This document shows positions 6,982 through 16,852 of a DNA stretch of 64,000 nt, one piece after another (position 1 is the first letter of the stretch; each line of letters begins with the position of its first letter). The DNA is from a virus. Under the pieces are notes generated by a model that had not been told where the DNA came from, ran no database searches, and was given only the letters and a program-made list of their open reading frames with translations. The DNA lies in IMG/VR virus record IMGVR_UViG_3300032897_000001, positions 36,795 through 100,794 of that record. One strand, given 5' to 3'. The position numbers and the translations under genes were made by a program.

Positions 6982-7388
6982 CGGGGATATTCCCGTGTAA
7001 GAATTTCGCGAACGGCAACCCAGTCCCATTTGGCTTTGCCGCCCTGCCACATCCCCAGCGGTTCCGCGCCCACGAGTCCGTGATCGCGGACCGCGATTAC
7101 ATCAGCACCGCGGAACAGATAGAGTTCATCGCGTTTGGTTTGCCGGACAGCGATGAAACAACGCCCGCCAAGGCGCCAATAGCGGGACAACCACGCAATC
7201 TGCAGGGTCCGGAACTTTACGGCGTTTGCCGCGGTCTTTTTACTTTCGATCCAACCTGCAATTCCGCACGGGAACAGGTAGTGTGCATCCGGCACGCCTC
7301 CTTCCGTAAGTCCCGTTTCGACGGATACCCACATGGCAGTGGGAAGTTTCTGCCGAAAAGTAATACGCAAGGCACCGTCACGGGACAT
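6972..7388 (-). CDS. VRR-NUC / PD-(D/E)xK nuclease (Holliday-junction resolvase-like)
   Basis: GVPD...WIESK motif and Q..W...Y...GG..F+ pattern; adjacent to an SNF2 helicase. Confidence 0.75.
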   Translation of the reverse strand: MSRDGALRITFRQKLPTAMWVSVETGLTEGGVPDAHYLFPCGIAGWIESKKTAANAVKFRTLQIAWLSRYWRLGGRCFIAVRQTKRDELYLFRGADVIAVRDHGLVGAEPLGMWQGGKAKWDWVAVREILTREYPRQA

Positions 7389-7419
7389 ATGAGAACCTCT
7401 ACAAACACAAGGAACCTTT

Positions 7420-9087
7420 ATGCCGGACTACGTTTCCCGCCGCAAGCCGCGCGCGCATCAAGTGGATGCACTGAAAGCGATTGACGGACAACGTGCTTTT
7501 GCTGTGCTTATGGGCATGCGTTGCGGAAAGAGCAAGGTGATTACCGATGATTTCGGCAAAATGGTCACAGAGCGTCGCGCGCTTGATCTTCTCATAATCG
7601 CTCCGGCAGGCGCATACTTGCCCTGGCAAGGTGCACTGCAAGATGATCTTCCGGAAAGCATCTTCCGGGCGCTCCGAATGCACGTGTGGGTATCGTCTAA
7701 AGCACGGTCTAAAGGCGCACAGAGTGCCCGAGAGGCGTTCATGCTGTACCGTGGCCCGCGGGCACTTATCATCAACACAGAAGCCTTGTCGAGCGTCCTG
7801 ACGGCACGGCAATTCGTTGATGATTTTGTTTGTCAACGGCGGGAGCAGTGCGTTGCGGTGATTGATGAAAGCGTTACGATAAAAAATCCTGAATCAAATG
7901 CCGGAAAATTCGTTGCCGCACGTCTTGGTACAGTGGCGGGATGGCGTCGCATCATGTCAGGACTCGTCTCTCCACGCTCTCCCACAGATTTGTGGAACCA
8001 GTTCAAATTTCTTGATCCGAGTATCCTGGGCTTTGAAGACTTCGTGGCGTTTCGGGCGCGTTACGAAAAAGTCAAATACGTGTGTATGGCGCCCAGTAGC
8101 CTTCTACGGGAAAAATTGCGCGCGTTAGTGGGCGATTTGCAGACGCTGCCGGGCGCCCAAATGGCACTGGTGGCCCGGCGTATCAATCCAGATATCAACC
8201 CACAAGGCATGGGGAGAGCACAGCTTAGGAACTGGATTGACGCTCAAGTTGAAGGCATGCCGCGGGATTCTATGATTGACGCCATTCAACGGTTCGGCGG
8301 ATATGTGCAGAGCGTCGCGGTAGTGGAAGGCTTTCAAAATCTCGGGGAACTGCGGGATAAGATCGCACCCTACTCTTTCCGGGTCCGTCTTGAAGATTGC
8401 TTCGATATGCCCCCCGTGGATTACTCGTTTCGCGATGTCGAGATGACACAGGAACAGGCGCGGATTTATCGCGAGATGAAACAGAATGCTACAGCGATCC
8501 TGGAAAGTCTTGATCACGTAACGGCGACACACGTCGTAACGCAGATGCTCCGATTACACCAAGTGCTGTGCGGCCATGCTGTGGATGAAGAAGGTACGAT
8601 CCACGACGTACCGGAAAAACGTACTGCGGAACTGTGCAGCATGTTGGAAGATTATGATGCAAAAGCAATCATTTGGGTAAGCTATGATCGCAGCATGCAG
8701 AAAGTCGTAGCAGCACTAGAAAAACGATATGGTGCAGGCAGTGTGGCGAGGTTCTGGGGCGGCAATGTCAAGACTCGCGAGGCAGAGGAAGTACTATTCA
8801 AGACTGATCCGCAGTGCCGATTCATGGTGGCAACACCAGACGCGGGCGGGATGGGGCGGGATTGGAGCGTTGCCGATTGGGTGATATACTTTTCCACAAA
8901 GAACAATCTGCACCATCGCTATCAATCCGAGGACCGGGCAAAGGCTGTTGGTAAAATGCGCCCGATCGCATACACGGATATGCGCGTACCCGGAACAGTG
9001 GAGGATAAGAACCTGCAGTGTCTCCGGAATAAAATAGACATGGCAACAGTGATCGCTGGTGACGATTGGAGAAAGTGGCTGATATGA
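7420..9087 (+). CDS. SNF2-family (SF2) DNA helicase
   Basis: PRAHQ, GMRCGKS, VIDES, MSG, C-terminal helicase motifs (GGMG, QSEDRA). Confidence 0.88.
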   Translation: MPDYVSRRKPRAHQVDALKAIDGQRAFAVLMGMRCGKSKVITDDFGKMVTERRALDLLIIAPAGAYLPWQGALQDDLPESIFRALRMHVWVSSKARSKGAQSAREAFMLYRGPRALIINTEALSSVLTARQFVDDFVCQRREQCVAVIDESVTIKNPESNAGKFVAARLGTVAGWRRIMSGLVSPRSPTDLWNQFKFLDPSILGFEDFVAFRARYEKVKYVCMAPSSLLREKLRALVGDLQTLPGAQMALVARRINPDINPQGMGRAQLRNWIDAQVEGMPRDSMIDAIQRFGGYVQSVAVVEGFQNLGELRDKIAPYSFRVRLEDCFDMPPVDYSFRDVEMTQEQARIYREMKQNATAILESLDHVTATHVVTQMLRLHQVLCGHAVDEEGTIHDVPEKRTAELCSMLEDYDAKAIIWVSYDRSMQKVVAALEKRYGAGSVARFWGGNVKTREAEEVLFKTDPQCRFMVATPDAGGMGRDWSVADWVIYFSTKNNLHHRYQSEDRAKAVGKMRPIAYTDMRVPGTVEDKNLQCLRNKIDMATVIAGDDWRKWLI

Positions 9088-9371
9088 GTGTGGACGATAT
9101 TTTACCTATGTCGCTGGAACTCTCCGTGCGACTTCGTGTCATGGAGTACGAAGCCCGCGGCGGGCCGGTTGCCCAAGATTGGGAGCGTACCAAGCCTTTC
9201 TCCCAAGTCTTGGTCGAGAAGGGCGATGTGCTGCAATTCGGCGGCAAACGAAGCAAGTCCGGAGAAATCGCGGCGCTCTTCAATCAATTGGCAGATGCTG
9301 TTGCAGTCATGGCATTTGCACCAGGAGGCGTGTCTTTGTTTGGGGTAAAATATCAGGGAAAAGCAAGCTGA
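9084..9371 (+). CDS. Hypothetical protein
   Basis: ATGA overlap with the helicase stop. Confidence 0.65.
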   Translation: MSVDDILPMSLELSVRLRVMEYEARGGPVAQDWERTKPFSQVLVEKGDVLQFGGKRSKSGEIAALFNQLADAVAVMAFAPGGVSLFGVKYQGKAS

Positions 9372-9418
9372 TTTTTTGAAAAAATTTCGCTTTACAACGG
9401 AAACTGAGCCGATATGGT
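9372..9418 (+). promoter_or_regulatory. Possible sigma70 promoter
   Basis: T6GA6 tract, TTTACA (9391-9396), 16 bp, TATGGT (9413-9418). Confidence 0.4.
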
Positions 9419-9443
9419 GACACCCGCATATGGAGAATGCGAA

Positions 9444-9605
9444 ATGTCTGAAGATACCGAAAAGCGCAACGAAGAAGCCCGCGAACGTATTCGTCTGCTA
9501 GCGGAACAGGAACGCAAGCGGCAAAAGATCACCAATCCCGAGACCGGCATTGACACGGGACCGGTGGAAGTAAACCGCGGCGGATCGCAACACAGCGCGA
9601 GCTAG
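9444..9605 (+). CDS. Small hypothetical protein
   Basis: GGAG RBS before ATG 9444. Confidence 0.55.
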   Translation: MSEDTEKRNEEARERIRLLAEQERKRQKITNPETGIDTGPVEVNRGGSQHSAS

Positions 9606-9615
9606 GAGAAATAAA

Positions 9616-9816
9616 ATGGCGATTTTTGTTGTGGCGTATGTGGACCCCTACGACAACAAGGTTTTCCTGGAAAAGATAGAAGCATCTGATGAGATGGAAG
9701 CACTGCGCAAACACACCAAGATTCAGGTATGGGATTTTGGTGGTTGCGCCACACCGCAACAGGTGAAGGAACTTCTATCTGGTGGAGACTACATGGTTGA
9801 AACAATCCAAGTATGA
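9616..9816 (+). CDS. Small hypothetical protein
   Basis: AGGAG RBS, 66 aa. Confidence 0.7.
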   Translation: MAIFVVAYVDPYDNKVFLEKIEASDEMEALRKHTKIQVWDFGGCATPQQVKELLSGGDYMVETIQV

Positions 9817-9826
9817 CTGGTGCCAC

Positions 9827-9985
9827 ATGTTTGCATGGATTGTCTTGATTTTGATTTGTGATGCAGGCGCACCTTGTGACTGGGTGCCTGCGTCGGCGCC
9901 AATGGCACAGAATGCCTGTGAAAAGGAAGTTAAAGAACTTCTGAAACGGCATATCATTGCCAAATGCGAACCAAACCGGAGCTAA
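9827..9985 (+). CDS. Small Cys-containing protein with hydrophobic N-terminus
   Basis: MFAWIVLILIC...C...C...C. Confidence 0.45.
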   Translation: MFAWIVLILICDAGAPCDWVPASAPMAQNACEKEVKELLKRHIIAKCEPNRS

Positions 9986-10075
9986 GCAAATGATTGAACT
10001 TGCTTTCGCGTTGTTGTGGTCTGGGTGCGCCTCCGTGTTTATCATGGAGGCGGCACACTTCTATAGGGACTTGAT

Positions 10076-10615
10076 ATGAAAAAGGATGTGCTGGACGAAC
10101 TAATGCCCAACAATCCCAGGACGTTCCTTCTAGCAGAGGAATTGATGGGAAAAAAGTGGGACCATATTGCGTTGTTGCCTAGCAGCAGTGGTTCAGAGTA
10201 TTGGTTTAATAGCCCGCTGTATGCGGGCTGGTTTACGCGCGAGGGTCTATTGTATTTGGTGGACTTCGTTGAAAATTACAGATTCCCTGTTCCCATGTTA
10301 GCGGAAGGTAACTACAACCCAGAACCATCTCCGCCACGGATTGATGACAGGTGCTTTCCGATTATTTTTGAGGGTCTTTTCTATAAGACCGAAAACCAGT
10401 ATCTAACAAGCGTTGGATGGCCTGCAGGAACGCGTTGCTGGTTTACATTTGTGGGGTGTGGCTGGCGGTATAGTGTTTCTGCCGAAAATCCGGAACTCAT
10501 GGTAGCACGAACTATCGTGTTTATGCACGCATCTCTCCGGTGGAGAGATGCGCCGCTACACCACAGGCACAATTTCCGGGATACGCTCACAACTTTTGTG
10601 CGGGAAAGGCAATAA
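10076..10615 (+). CDS. Hypothetical protein
   Basis: 179 aa ORF. Confidence 0.65.
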   Translation: MKKDVLDELMPNNPRTFLLAEELMGKKWDHIALLPSSSGSEYWFNSPLYAGWFTREGLLYLVDFVENYRFPVPMLAEGNYNPEPSPPRIDDRCFPIIFEGLFYKTENQYLTSVGWPAGTRCWFTFVGCGWRYSVSAENPELMVARTIVFMHASLRWRDAPLHHRHNFRDTLTTFVRERQ

Positions 10616-10618
10616 AGA

Positions 10619-10975
10619 GTGCCTAAAAAGATTTCCTTTTCAGCGGAAGATACCCGTAGAATTCGGGATATCGTGGCGACAAAGTCAATTGCACAGGCTG
10701 CGAAGGAAATGCGCATTTCCGTTCAGGCAATGCGAAGATTCTGCTATAAGCAGGGTTTTTACATATCAAAGGATTCCCCACAGCGGAAATATCAGGTAAT
10801 CGTCAATATACCTACAGCTGCAGCAATATTGGCTGCGGCCAATGTGCGTGATATCGTACCCAACGAATTGGTAACACGCTTATTGGAAACCTTGGCTGAG
10901 GATAAGCTTTTTGATGCTGTCCTAGCTGATAGTGTCTTCGAAAATAAGACAGTGAAAAACACAGTGGCGAGGTAA
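10619..10975 (+). CDS. Putative HTH DNA-binding protein
   Basis: SIAQAAKEMRISVQAMRR helix-turn-helix pattern. Confidence 0.55.
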   Translation: MPKKISFSAEDTRRIRDIVATKSIAQAAKEMRISVQAMRRFCYKQGFYISKDSPQRKYQVIVNIPTAAAILAAANVRDIVPNELVTRLLETLAEDKLFDAVLADSVFENKTVKNTVAR

Positions 10976-10979
10976 AACC

Positions 10980-11477
10980 ATGGTAAATCGCATTCGGATT
11001 GATCTGCAAAAGTCCCTGGAGGAAAATGGAATGGTTGACTCATATCCTTACGATACGCCACCCTCTCCGCCATCTGCACCCTATGTTGGCGATATCCATG
11101 ACTTAAGCAGTATCCAGGAACGTCGGGACTTCGTACAGCAACGTGTATCCACAAACGCGACGCCGCGTGTTCCTGTTGCTCCTGATCCTTTTGTTGAAGA
11201 TCTTCGCCGCACAGCCAAGGAACGTATTCAAACATTGCCGCGGACCATTGTTGCTGCCGACAAAGACGCAATGGATATCGGCGCCGTCGCCGAATGGTTC
11301 GCCTCAATGAGCGTGCGCGGTTCCCGGGGAGTTTTCCGGGAAGTCGTCGAAATGGAAGGCTGGAACAAGGAAGGTTGGCCAACGCCAATGCAACTCGCTG
11401 AGTTCATGGCGGACTGGGCACACAAGAGGATGCAGCGATCAGTCGTAGAACCTGATGAATCCAGCGAACCCGTATGA
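10980..11477 (+). CDS. Hypothetical protein
   Basis: 165 aa, GAGG RBS. Confidence 0.7.
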   Translation: MVNRIRIDLQKSLEENGMVDSYPYDTPPSPPSAPYVGDIHDLSSIQERRDFVQQRVSTNATPRVPVAPDPFVEDLRRTAKERIQTLPRTIVAADKDAMDIGAVAEWFASMSVRGSRGVFREVVEMEGWNKEGWPTPMQLAEFMADWAHKRMQRSVVEPDESSEPV

Positions 11478-12034
11478 GACGCTTGTGTTGCGCCATCGCG
11501 TTTAGCGCGGCTGTCTATAGTCCCGCTTATGCGGACTGGCTCCAAAACCTCATGACAACCCCGGCGCCTGCGTTGAAGCAGGCGCCACACAATGAGTGCC
11601 AGTCAGAAAGCAGCATCCGTGCCGCGGGATCTTACCCCATGTACACAAGGCGCCTTCCGGGCTATGTGGGGCGGCGTTGTTGGTATGCTGCACACAATGA
11701 AAAGCCAACCGTGCATTCGAAACGAAACACGCGGCAAGTGGTGGATCATCCTCGAATAGAAACCACAGGCACGGCTTCACGTGTTCCGGATTCGAGTCCT
11801 CAAGACACCGATCGTGAATTTTTGGCCGGACGCAGACAGCTTATCGCGGACTTCCCCGACATGGCCTTTGACCTCGCGATCGAACCCCCCGCGCGAACAA
11901 CTCCGGCACAAGGTAGGGCGCTGGCTGACTTGTTGTTTGACGAAATGCTGCAAGTCAACCGAAGTTGGTTTCTCATAACGGTGGAAACCGTGTTGATGAC
12001 CACACACAGTCAACACCGACAACCATTCTGGTAA
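11474..12034 (+). CDS. Exported hypothetical protein
   Basis: Sec-type signal peptide MRRLCCAIAFSAAVYSPAYA; ATGA coupling. Confidence 0.65.
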   Translation: MRRLCCAIAFSAAVYSPAYADWLQNLMTTPAPALKQAPHNECQSESSIRAAGSYPMYTRRLPGYVGRRCWYAAHNEKPTVHSKRNTRQVVDHPRIETTGTASRVPDSSPQDTDREFLAGRRQLIADFPDMAFDLAIEPPARTTPAQGRALADLLFDEMLQVNRSWFLITVETVLMTTHSQHRQPFW

Positions 12035-12046
12035 GGAGACGGGGGT

Positions 12047-12256
12047 ATGTCCACAAAAACCGTGGAACTGGAAGAAGATGTGTTGGAATTCGCGAGACAG
12101 CGCTGTGAAGCAGATATCGAATTAGGAATGCGCACAATCGCCCGAATCTCTGAACGCCGTGGACAGGACGTTCGTGCGGTACAAGACGGGAAAAAGGTAA
12201 TGGATTATGTAATAATGGCTCGCAGGCTTAAGGGAGCCTTGGACAAGGCGCGCTAA
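12047..12256 (+). CDS. Small hypothetical protein
   Basis: AAGGAG RBS, 69 aa. Confidence 0.7.
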   Translation: MSTKTVELEEDVLEFARQRCEADIELGMRTIARISERRGQDVRAVQDGKKVMDYVIMARRLKGALDKAR

Positions 12257-12275
12257 GCACGGGATGTGTCGAGAC

Positions 12276-12305
12276 AACAAAAAACCCAGCCCTTTCGGGC
12301 TGGGT
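12276..12305 (-). terminator. Intrinsic terminator ending the late operon at the convergence point
   Basis: ACCCAGCCC-GAAA-GGGCTGGGT followed by a T-run on the minus strand. Confidence 0.85.
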
Positions 12306-12342
12306 CAAGTTCAGGGAGGAAACGTCAACGAATCAAGCTATA

Positions 12343-13071
12343 TCAAAATTTATAGCTTGCGCCAAGCCTAAAAACGTCTGCTTGGAAGGGTGCCGACAAC
12401 GAAATTCCGTATGCAGTATTCGCAACCGTCGCGTTGCCGAGATCTACTCGTAGCCATTCTGCACGCACCAACCAATGATCGCTAAGTGCGCCCTCAATAC
12501 CGCCACCGGCAGCCCAACCGATCTTCGTGGAAGATGCTCCGAACACGCCAATGTTACCCTTGCTGTCCACAAGGGTAACGGACGCGGAAGGATCGCCATA
12601 AGCAACACCCGCCGTGCCATAAATCAGCCAGTCTCGCACCAAGAACACACCAAACCGTGCGCGCGTAGTGCCAAACCAGTCATCTTTTGAACTTGCAGTG
12701 ATGAGTCCCGAGGCTAGTCCACCGCTGCCACTACCTTGCAAATTAGCAAGATCGATGTCGGTCTCAATGCCGGCATAAAACAAGTTATTCCCGAAACGGG
12801 TTCCCACACCCGTATGGAAACCGCCAACGAACCCCTGCGGAGATGCAGACAGGGTAGCCGCATCATTGGCGGAGAACGCACTGGTGCCCGTTGTATTGAA
12901 GCCATAGCCAATGTGTCCGCCGACATAGAACCCGGTAAACGGATCTGTAACAGGAAGATACGTCGCAGGCGCCTTTACTGCCACAGCCTTCGGCAAGTCT
13001 ACTGCCGCGGCGACTCCCGATGTAATAAGCATTGCCGCAAATGTCGTAATTGCTGCGATACGCTTTTTCAT
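12343..13071 (-). CDS. Outer-membrane beta-barrel protein, Omp25/RopB-like porin family
   Basis: Signal peptide, DLP..KAP, FTGFYVGGHIGY, GTTRARFG, GWAAGGGIE, terminal YKF (BAM signal). Confidence 0.88.
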   Translation of the reverse strand: MKKRIAAITTFAAMLITSGVAAAVDLPKAVAVKAPATYLPVTDPFTGFYVGGHIGYGFNTTGTSAFSANDAATLSASPQGFVGGFHTGVGTRFGNNLFYAGIETDIDLANLQGSGSGGLASGLITASSKDDWFGTTRARFGVFLVRDWLIYGTAGVAYGDPSASVTLVDSKGNIGVFGASSTKIGWAAGGGIEGALSDHWLVRAEWLRVDLGNATVANTAYGISLSAPFQADVFRLGASYKF

Positions 13072-13173
13072 GACTACATGTCTCCAGACGCAGGTGCGCG
13101 CCGACATCCGCACACTACTCTAGTTCGTCTCCGGCAGGTGTCATAAATTTACAACACCTGCCGAAGAAAGTAG

Positions 13174-13479
13174 TCACGACGCGGAAGACGTGTTCGCTCC
13201 GGAGAGGACAGGAGAATTTGCCTGTCCCTGCGTTACATGGTTTGCGAGTTCCACGGATGCTGCAACCAAGTTGCCACCATTAGCCTGTGCCAAAACAGCT
13301 AGGGCATTCAAGAACACCGGCTGCAGGGAATCCAATACCTGCACAACAGACGCTGCTGGTGCGCCGATGGCAGGAACCAACGGGAGCAGCTTTTCAACCC
13401 ACGGCGCCGCCGTGTGAAACTCTTGAGCCACTGTTGCTGCATCAGTAACAATGGTGTTGATGGTGCTAGATACGCTCAT
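13174..13479 (-). CDS. Hypothetical protein near the lysis gene
   Basis: 101 aa, AGGAG RBS. Confidence 0.65.
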   Translation of the reverse strand: MSVSSTINTIVTDAATVAQEFHTAAPWVEKLLPLVPAIGAPAASVVQVLDSLQPVFLNALAVLAQANGGNLVAASVELANHVTQGQANSPVLSGANTSSAS

Positions 13480-13522
13480 TTACACGTGCTCCTGTGTATG
13501 CCCGTAACACGGGCATTTATTA

Positions 13523-13837
13523 TCACGGATTCAAGGCCGCAGTCAGTCCAGTAATGGGCGACGGCGCCGCGGTGGACGGTACAGTAATCGTTGCAGGATT
13601 GCTAGACGCACTGACGCGCCCGCCCGAATCCTTGGCAAAAGCCGTAAAGATGTGTGCTCCTTCAACAAGCACACCGGTTGTGTATGTGGTGGCGGGTCCC
13701 GACACAGTCGCAATTTGTGATGCTGCAGCGCCATTGACTGCGTCGAAAATATCGACTTCCACGATATCAGTCAAAAGCAGCGCGGACCCGTCCGTGCGCG
13801 TCGTCGGCAGCGTCCAAATCAACGTAACAGTAGCCAT
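13523..13837 (-). CDS. Fibronectin type III / Ig-like small protein
   Basis: VTLIWTLPTTRTDGSAL...F.A.D..G..S..SN pattern. Confidence 0.65.
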   Translation of the reverse strand: MATVTLIWTLPTTRTDGSALLLTDIVEVDIFDAVNGAAASQIATVSGPATTYTTGVLVEGAHIFTAFAKDSGGRVSASSNPATITVPSTAAPSPITGLTAALNP

Positions 13838-13957
13838 ACTCTGTGTTCCTAATATCGCCTTAAGGTTACGAATCCTAGAAGGTGGCGAATGGTGCCTTCT
13901 GGATATTGCTAATAACATTCCCAGGAGATTCGACAAAAACACGGTTTACCGCCTTGG

Positions 13958-14596
13958 CTATACTCCTAAATCTATACGCCACAACTTCAACTGTCTGCGA
14001 CGTTCTGCAAGACCGTTGGTGCCACCATTGAGTTTTTTGGTTTCCGTAAGGATGTCATCGGCAAGCGCCGGAGCAAGACAGCCACACGCCACAAAGTCCG
14101 CAACACCGCACTCAAGTGTGTGTTCCGGATCAATGATCAATTCAGGATTTTCGAGCACGTTGAACCCGGCTGCATGTTCATCAAGTACCTTTTGGAGTAG
14201 TTTGACGCCATCCCGCCCAGTAACCTGTGTCAGTCCCGCCCCACGAAAATCATAGCCGTCTGTGCTGGGTGGTGGCGCATTGCCCATGCGTCCACCATAG
14301 GCAATCTCTCCTATCATTCGCTCATTGTGTGCCCAACGATGTGCCATAGCTGGGGTAAAGTGGTTGGGGAAGACTTCAAGCAGGCGTGTCGCTGTGTAAT
14401 TCAGGCTCTCAATCATTTCGAGACCCTGCCCGCACTCTTCGGATGCCTGGGCCATGAAATGTGCGATCGCTAGTGGCGTGTCCAAACCGTATTTATGAAA
14501 CACGGCTGGTGCTGTGGACACGATTCCTTCAAGCAGCCCTGGGATATGCTGATTACCCTGGGGCCAACGCTTCTTCATCAGTTCTATTGTAAGCAC
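13958..14596 (-). CDS. Endolysin, glycoside hydrolase family 19
   Basis: HFMAQ..EE.G, ESLNY, YGGRMGN, DGYDFRGAGLTQVTGR, NGGTNGLAER. Confidence 0.9.
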   Translation of the reverse strand: MLTIELMKKRWPQGNQHIPGLLEGIVSTAPAVFHKYGLDTPLAIAHFMAQASEECGQGLEMIESLNYTATRLLEVFPNHFTPAMAHRWAHNERMIGEIAYGGRMGNAPPPSTDGYDFRGAGLTQVTGRDGVKLLQKVLDEHAAGFNVLENPELIIDPEHTLECGVADFVACGCLAPALADDILTETKKLNGGTNGLAERRRQLKLWRIDLGV

Positions 14597-14608
14597 GCTG
14601 ATTACTCA

Positions 14609-15712
14609 TTAATAGTTGGGAGATATGGTGTTACCGGAACCCTGATTTGAGATAGCATATATATTGTTGCTTAGTGTATTCGACACTACAGCAACATTAT
14701 GTGATGCCGCCTGCAGATAGATGCCTGATGTGAATCCAAAGACATCATTACCCGTGATGATACCCTTTGCCTGTGTCGCTCCTATGACAATTCCATTTGT
14801 CCCGGAATTTATACTTGATGTCACACAATTACCCGTGATCGTGAAGTGTCCGCACGATTCAAGAAATACTGCATTAGCACCAGAAGCAGTGACAATAAAC
14901 AGACTGTTGGTTATCTGCGTCACCACAACCATTGTGCCTGTAACAATGCCGTTTCCTGCTTGGAATATGCCGAATTGGCTGTTGCTCACACCAAGTTGTG
15001 CTAGAACGCCGGTTTCGCCGACTGCTGACTTGATACCGGATATATTACCTGTAAAGTTACCCTGATCAACAGTAATGCCTTGTACATATGATCCATACAA
15101 CAAACCTGTGTTCAACCAATTAAAGTCGGACTTTGCAACATTTAGCACAACAGCATAAGTACTGGATGACGGCAACCCAACAATGTAAATTCCCTGTCCG
15201 GCAGGAGAGGCTGCACCAAAGAACGCGCACGAATCAACATTGATGTTGCTCACATTTGCGATATTAAGTCCTGTAGTCCAATAGTCCACACCCGCATAAG
15301 CATCATCACCCCTGAATGTAACACGGACAATGTCCGATGACGCAGTTATGGCGGGACCAGCAACCGACAAAGGCAGATTAAGTGTTAATGCGTTGCCGCC
15401 ATCGGTTGTCCCTGTAGTCAGGGACAAGTCCCGAATATGGAAAGAACTCGCAATAGTCTGATAGTTGAATGTCAACCCACCGTGTGCACTAGGCCACGTC
15501 AAGATTGTTGCGTCGGACCCGTCACCAACGATAGACACAGAAAACTGTCCCGTGGGAAATGTCAGCGCTACATTTGACGAAAACTTGTACTTTCCCGCAG
15601 GAAAGTAAATCTGTCCTCCTGTTGCACCAAGTGCCGCGAATGCCAGCATTAATGGCGTAACGTTATCCGTTACGCCATCACCAGCGCCACCATATGATTG
15701 TATATTTAGCAT
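14609..15712 (-). CDS. Tailspike / pectate-lyase-like beta-helix depolymerase
   Basis: N-terminal NIQSYGGAGDGVTDN...IYFPAGKY followed by Asn/Gly-rich beta-helix repeats. Confidence 0.8.
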   Translation of the reverse strand: MLNIQSYGGAGDGVTDNVTPLMLAFAALGATGGQIYFPAGKYKFSSNVALTFPTGQFSVSIVGDGSDATILTWPSAHGGLTFNYQTIASSFHIRDLSLTTGTTDGGNALTLNLPLSVAGPAITASSDIVRVTFRGDDAYAGVDYWTTGLNIANVSNINVDSCAFFGAASPAGQGIYIVGLPSSSTYAVVLNVAKSDFNWLNTGLLYGSYVQGITVDQGNFTGNISGIKSAVGETGVLAQLGVSNSQFGIFQAGNGIVTGTMVVVTQITNSLFIVTASGANAVFLESCGHFTITGNCVTSSINSGTNGIVIGATQAKGIITGNDVFGFTSGIYLQAASHNVAVVSNTLSNNIYAISNQGSGNTISPNY

Positions 15713-15727
15713 GCCAAACTCTCCTGT

Positions 15728-16852
15728 TTAAATAGTTGATGTTAGTACAACTATTCCTTGGGAACCTGCACCGCTTGTTGTGGAACCCGTCGCATTGTTG
15801 TTTCCAGCCCCACCGCCTCCTGCACCATAATTACCGCCCGCGCCCGCAGTAAGTGCGCCAGACCCGCCAGAACCCGCGGAACCGCCACCACCTCCGCCTG
15901 AGCCTGCTGTTCCTCCAGCCGTCGCTGTCCATTCTGTCCCACTTCCCCCGGGATTGCCTGTTTGCGCTACGCCTGCGACACCACCAGACCCAGCATCTCC
16001 CGATCCGCCGTTAGTCTGTCCTACACCTGTGATATTGACACCCGGGTTGCCCGCTCCATTCAGTCCGGCAGCGCCACCACCACCCGTACCCAAAATCGTA
16101 ACTCCGCTCAGAGTCCCGGTTCCACCATTCCCACCGGAATATTTAGTTGCACCGACTCCTGAAGTAGATACGCCACCCACACCGCCGATAACTGTTACAG
16201 TAAAACTTGCCGCACCACCACTGCCACCCACTGCACCCACAGATGCTGCACCCAATGAAGCACCATTGAACCAAGTTGAACCACCTGTGACACCATTCAA
16301 ACTGTTATTTATTGCAGGTACTTGCGCCGCGCCACCCGTTCCAACACCATATGTAACGGAAGTTCCTGGGGTAAGAGCAATGTTTGTTTGCTTGGAATAC
16401 CCGCCCCCGCCACCACCTGCAGCAAGTGATGAAGAACTGGGACTATTCCAAGCAGCGCCACCTGATCCTCCACCGCCAATGGTTTCCCCGGAATTATTTG
16501 CACTGTTCCAGCACTGAGGTACTGTATATGAGTTTGTTCCGGTTGTTGTAAGGAATACAACAGTTGTGCCGCGCAGACATCCCGGAAACACAGGCATTGG
16601 AGCGAATGTGGGAGAGAAAACCTGAGACAATCTCTGCCACATGCTGCGGGGAGGTTCCGCAACAACGTCGTTTTGTTCCTGCCACGAATTCCCGAGGAAC
16701 TGTTTTTTGAGAGAACCGACTTGATCACGAGGAACCGTGAATGAATACCCTAGAATTTTCCCCCGTGCGTCATAAACCAACGGCGATTCACATGCCGTTG
16801 CCGATGAAACAAGGATTGCTGCAGAAAATGCAATAATGCCTGTTTTGCTCAT
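15728..16852 (-). CDS. Glycine-rich tail-fibre-like protein with N-terminal signal-like peptide
   Basis: GGGGGGY...GGAGGGGAG...GAG.QGIVV glycine-rich domain. Confidence 0.7.
   Translation of the reverse strand: MSKTGIIAFSAAILVSSATACESPLVYDARGKILGYSFTVPRDQVGSLKKQFLGNSWQEQNDVVAEPPRSMWQRLSQVFSPTFAPMPVFPGCLRGTTVVFLTTTGTNSYTVPQCWNSANNSGETIGGGGSGGAAWNSPSSSSLAAGGGGGGYSKQTNIALTPGTSVTYGVGTGGAAQVPAINNSLNGVTGGSTWFNGASLGAASVGAVGGSGGAASFTVTVIGGVGGVSTSGVGATKYSGGNGGTGTLSGVTILGTGGGGAAGLNGAGNPGVNITGVGQTNGGSGDAGSGGVAGVAQTGNPGGSGTEWTATAGGTAGSGGGGGGSAGSGGSGALTAGAGGNYGAGGGGAGNNNATGSTTSGAGSQGIVVLTSTI

Noticed and set aside
8090-8320. Insertion in the SNF2 helicase as an intein
   Set aside because: Only about 70 aa, with no terminal HN-C/S/T splice motif
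2950-11460. Other CTGATGA occurrences (near 2950, 9686 and 11452) as more hammerheads
   Set aside because: They lie inside coding regions and lack the GAAAC, GTC and flanking stems
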